Source: Neocallimastix sp. 'constans'
Lineage: Eukaryota
Direction of reading: 5' to 3'
Assembly: GCA_050613775.1 (NCBI GenBank)
Contig: JBODTK010000122.1
Span: forward strand, 310,001 to 374,000
DNA: 64,000 nucleotides
How positions within the stretch are numbered: position 1 is the stretch's first letter; every line of letters starts with the position of its first letter. The notes below the pieces were generated by a model. It made no database searches. It worked only from the letters and a program-made list of their open reading frames with translations, and was not told the DNA's origin. A program made the position numbers and the translations under genes. Shown one piece after another: positions 62,901 through 64,000 of this stretch.

Positions 62901-63988
62901 CTCATATTCAATTCTTAGTGGAAAGAGAAAAGAAAAAAATTAAAATTCAAAATGACTGGTATTTTGAAGCCTTTAGTAAATCTGATTATGCAAAGATTGA
63001 TCTTTTATTTACCAATGAAATTATTCCTAATGAAAGCAAAATAAATGATATCATTTATAAAATTTTCTCTATTGTAGATATATATGATATGAAAAATCAT
63101 TCCGATAAGAAATATGAATTTAGAGAAGCAATCGAGAATAAGGAATTAAAGCAATTTCAAAAAATGTCTAAAGAATTTTTAGATGATGTCTCCCTACCAA
63201 ATATAGAACAAAAAAGAAATATGATTAAGGAGATAATGAAAGAAGATAACTTTGAAAGACTTATTGAATATGTTAAAAGGAATAATATCATGACTAAAGA
63301 CTTGAATGATGAACATTTCGATATATTAATTTATGCCATTGAAAACGGAGTATCCTTTGACAATATTTATGAAATTATAAAATTAGCACAATATCATATA
63401 TTTGACTATAAAATAATAGATGATGAAAGTAAAGATTTTAAGACACCATTTTTGGTTGCTATTTCTAATAGAAGATATGATGTAATTGACTTTTTAATAA
63501 ATAATGAAGTAAATATTCATAAACATCTTATTACAATGGTAGATGATAAACCTTGTAACGATCTCATTAACTATTTATGTAGAAATAAAAAATTAAATTA
63601 TCAAAGTCTAATCTACATATTTTCCAAGTTAGATAATAGTAAGGAAGATTATTATGTCGCTCCGGAGTCGTTTAATTATTTAATTGAAAGTTCAAAAAAT
63701 AAAGAAGCAGAATTTCTCATAAATAAATTTTCATTACCAATAGTGGATGATTGGTATAAAAAAGCTGCCCAAGTAGAAAACTTTGGATTTATTGATATGG
63801 CCTTTGAACATGATACCAGAGAATTTGATAAAAAATCTGAAATTCTTCAAACCATATTAGCCGAAAATCTTCATCCAATGAAAATTGCAGAATTTATGAA
63901 ATATACCAAACATACCAAGATAAAAGATATTTATCGGGAAACCATGATAAGTATATTCCAAGGTGAATTTGGAAAATTACTTTCTTAA
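59909..63988 (+). CDS. Intronless ankyrin-repeat-like protein with a long charged N-terminal repeat region; paralog of 56934-58601
   Basis: 1359-aa ORF. The C-terminal part shares motifs with the neighbour (SPLLSAI...ADFLIKRGADINF, IFDN.F, I.NDWY, NDE.FDIL..AIEN, KTP...AIS). Confidence 0.88.
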   Translation: MSAIKQFKNSIGSKDLKNFLMKEKNKTKENDGIIIENLEEINDGSFSKEKKKNNNNKNETNSEIDSNSDQKNMKYTISSLDLMKLLKKQKSKTKNNEEEETELNEISEDSELNSEEKSEKNNDQKNMKYIINSLDLIKLLKKEKSKTKNNEEEDFEISVDFNEYEENENKSYKEDEGEKSKKNTEYTISSIDLLKFLKMEKFKNKNNEKEKLDNNENKKDNEEKLEKNDSSNDDIKNKFDLMKYLKKEKSKTKVKEEENDCNNDESENEMDNDLGNLKEEINNKKKDNDEKSDKSSNKKNSMKYTIDSLDLMKYLKKEKTKDSINEEGNFDRNDDKKINRDKLGKYDNTMEDLIEMFDIIKYLKKEKSKSKVKEEEEEGNNDDDEMDNYLKNLKEEINNKEKDDDEKSNKSSKKKSSMKYAMNSLDLMKFLKKEKTKDSFNEEEKSDIDNDEKNNKEKPEKSDSSKDEIKDLLDLMKYLKKEKSKTKNKEEEQEEEQEENPETNNDFNINSEKSEKSNSKYSINSLDLMKFMKKEKTKDSIIKNENNNEINNNKKNNKDKITKNDEKKDNKGKSYKDNEKKNNKNKTFKDDEKEKNKNKTSINDEKKDNNSKIFKNNEKMDDKEKPKKNDSPMEELMYKLDLIRYLKKEKSKTSKMKKEVKVEENIENNNDLKSTNEKIDNQKSTKYMINSLDLMKFLKKEKSKSKVNEEMKNETDKKNNNSNNSNNNNKENPEKNENPLDDLMELLEQNIDLEDFRKKMEKFNNYTGLNFLYNYYYYEKPEVTDIERRNGLKGIEEKIIKINDFKTIKEKIKLIKHLINSHLIKTVDDIKVFLKENEITIKELNSLKGFDLLIYLIEGQTGYITIPLIKHVVSYTYYKNLNYTIFSNKFGVRSPLLSAIINKNYRAADFLIKRGADINFKINSINVLYYLLNNQFLDKSTLKYLINNGYDVAVMDSFIINNLSNDYINIIFNYGIFDNTFVLRMLHGYKKQIPLSNAHIQFLVEREKKKIKIQNDWYFEAFSKSDYAKIDLLFTNEIIPNESKINDIIYKIFSIVDIYDMKNHSDKKYEFREAIENKELKQFQKMSKEFLDDVSLPNIEQKRNMIKEIMKEDNFERLIEYVKRNNIMTKDLNDEHFDILIYAIENGVSFDNIYEIIKLAQYHIFDYKIIDDESKDFKTPFLVAISNRRYDVIDFLINNEVNIHKHLITMVDDKPCNDLINYLCRNKKLNYQSLIYIFSKLDNSKEDYYVAPESFNYLIESSKNKEAEFLINKFSLPIVDDWYKKAAQVENFGFIDMAFEHDTREFDKKSEILQTILAENLHPMKIAEFMKYTKHTKIKDIYRETMISIFQGEFGKLLS

Positions 63989-64000
63989 TTAATAAATAAA

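Overview
Extremely AT-rich, intron-rich eukaryotic DNA with many microsatellites. The composition, GT-AG introns and gene content fit an anaerobic gut fungus (Neocallimastigomycota); this is an inference. Most short ORFs in the supplied track are either single exons or low-complexity artefacts. Genes reconstructed by hand-splicing: the 3' part of SHQ1 (+), a PP4 catalytic subunit (-), an AP-3 delta pseudogene (+), a GAF-GAF-(PAS)-class III cyclase-like protein with degenerate catalytic residues (-), a TXNL1-type thioredoxin-PITH protein (+), an unknown K/N/P-rich protein (-), an EVI5/Gyp5-like TBC Rab-GAP (+), an exportin-4-like karyopherin (-), an N-myristoylation-motif CRIB protein with an E/K-rich tail (+), and two intronless ankyrin-like paralogs (+). 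The most striking non-coding item is a roughly 475-bp GC-rich element at 24590-25065. It has a tRNA-like head with encoded CCA, a heavily base-paired body with a possible pseudoknot, a poly(T) tail and a 16-17-bp target-site duplication, making it a candidate T-tailed SINE or mobile structured Pol III RNA. Also present: a 6.1-kb polarised 52-bp satellite, a solo monomer of it about 4 kb upstream, and a decayed Ty1/copia RT fragment at its right edge. All calls come from reading the sequence by eye; no database searches or folding programs were run.
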